A stretch of 64,000 nt of DNA from Sphingomonas sp. 28-66-16 (GTDB lineage Bacteria > Pseudomonadota > Alphaproteobacteria > Sphingomonadales > Sphingomonadaceae): the NCBI GenBank assembly GCA_002281485.1, contig NCGF01000020.1, positions 24,862-88,861 on the forward strand, given 5' to 3'. Positions 61,624-64,000 of this stretch are shown here, in pieces. The notes below the pieces were generated by a model. It worked only from the letters and a program-made list of their open reading frames with translations, searched no databases and was not told the origin of the DNA. The position numbers and the translations under genes are program-made. Position 1 is the stretch's first letter. Each line of letters starts with the position of its first letter.

Positions 61624-62526
61624 TTAGCCGTAGACGGCCGAATCCCGCGCCACAGCGCCAACCAGTTCGCCGGCTACCCGGACTGCCACCTTGGCATCGG
61701 GCGCCGTGCCGTCAGCCCCGACGCGTTCAGCGAGATCGGGATTGCCAACAAAGACCCTCCCTCCAACCATGACACAAAGTCGCGGGTTGCGGGAAACGCT
61801 GCGGAGTGCCCCGATCACCGACGGCAGGGGCGCCATATGGCAGTCACAACTGATGGTCAATCCAACCAGATCGAACCATTCGCCGGCGACCCGCTCGAGC
61901 AATTCGGGGGTCGTCGCTTCGCTGATGCGATCGGTCAGCCATCCGCCGCGGCAAAACAGCTCGTCGACGACGACCGTGCCGAAACTGTGCTGATCGCCGG
62001 GCATCGATGCGAACAGCGCGCGCCGCCCGGGGCCGGGACGATGATCGGCGGGCAGCCGCGCCGCAAGCTCGTGAACGACCTCCTGGAGTCGCCAGAGACC
62101 CATCGTCACATCGACGAAGTCACAGCGATCCTGCTCCCAAAACTCGCCGAGGCGCCGCGCCGCCGGCGCGAGCAGATCGACCAGCACCGAATCGATGCCG
62201 ACGCCGCGCGCGAGAATCGACTCGACGTGATCGAGCAGCGAATCCGCCTCGACATGGAGCGACAGGGGCGCGAGCGCGTCGATATCGGCCTCGGTAATCT
62301 CGGCACCGTGCCCGCCATCGGCCATGAAATTGCCATTTCTCGGATGCGAGGCGACCAGCCTTGGAATGATCTCTCGCTCGACGAGACTCGACAGCGACCC
62401 TTCGGTCGCCGGATCGAACCGGGTCGCGGGCGCTATGCTTCCGAAGAGACGGATTCCGCGGCTCGGTACGTGTCTGCGATAGACCTCGGCGAGCTGCGCG
62501 CGCCCAAATCCCAATAGTGATGCCAT
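61624..62526 (-). CDS. ppaA: Cobalamin-binding antirepressor PpaA/AerR
   Basis: EIIPRL, LAPAARRLGEFW..D...F.DVT, GDQHSFG B12-binding motif; upstream of ppsR. Confidence 0.9.
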   Translation of the reverse strand: MASLLGFGRAQLAEVYRRHVPSRGIRLFGSIAPATRFDPATEGSLSSLVEREIIPRLVASHPRNGNFMADGGHGAEITEADIDALAPLSLHVEADSLLDHVESILARGVGIDSVLVDLLAPAARRLGEFWEQDRCDFVDVTMGLWRLQEVVHELAARLPADHRPGPGRRALFASMPGDQHSFGTVVVDELFCRGGWLTDRISEATTPELLERVAGEWFDLVGLTISCDCHMAPLPSVIGALRSVSRNPRLCVMVGGRVFVGNPDLAERVGADGTAPDAKVAVRVAGELVGAVARDSAVYG

Positions 62527-62665
62527 GCCCGGCTCTCCCAGCCTCGTGGGGGGATAATCACGAAAACTTGCCAGCCAGCACCATGTTTAGTCACCCCTGA
62601 CGACTCGCAGGCTATGCCGTTTATCGATTGGTGACAATATCCGACATGTTTTGCAGCGCAGCATA

Positions 62666-62699
62666 TGTCAAATTAATTGGACGTAAGTCTAGGTTGACA
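62666..62699 (+). promoter_or_regulatory. Two overlapping PpsR boxes upstream of bchF
   Basis: TGT-N12-ACG (62666-83) and CGT-N12-ACA (62682-99); the latter overlaps a TTGACA -35 element. Confidence 0.7.
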
Positions 62700-62763
62700 C
62701 TTTGCGCCGGCCTGCCTTAGTCTCCCTTCATCGACAACGAGTGAGCAGCGGGAGGCGAGACGG

Positions 62764-64000
<1,237 letters not shown>

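Overview
GC-rich alphaproteobacterial chromosome segment; gene content and order suggest a Sphingomonas-like aerobic anoxygenic phototroph (inference). From left to right it holds tRNA-Pro(CGG), a four-gene HprK-related kinase / PqqD-RRE / nucleotidyltransferase / Tat-signal protein operon, phoR-pstSCAB-phoU-phoB, assorted metabolic genes, ahpCF-oxyR and moaED-pgsA. Next come a pcs-mcr-accA operon (first half of the 3-hydroxypropionate route, with pcs broken by an internal deletion and frameshift), tRNA-Ala(GGC), aroA-cmk, a DUF2946 (RGPP arrest motif) leader plus TonB-dependent receptor plus S9 peptidase insert, and rpsA-ihfB. The right end has tRNA-Leu(UAA) split by a 225-nt group I intron, a decayed region, and the edge of a photosynthesis gene cluster (cycA, tspO, bchP, pucC-like, bchG, ppsR, ppaA, bchF, bchN). 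The best candidates for under-described biology are the RiPP-like kinase/nucleotidyltransferase operon, the tRNA-Leu group I intron, the pcs-mcr-accA module and the DUF2946-TBDR attenuator. No CRISPR array, integrase or IS element was seen. All family calls come from motif recognition, not database searches.
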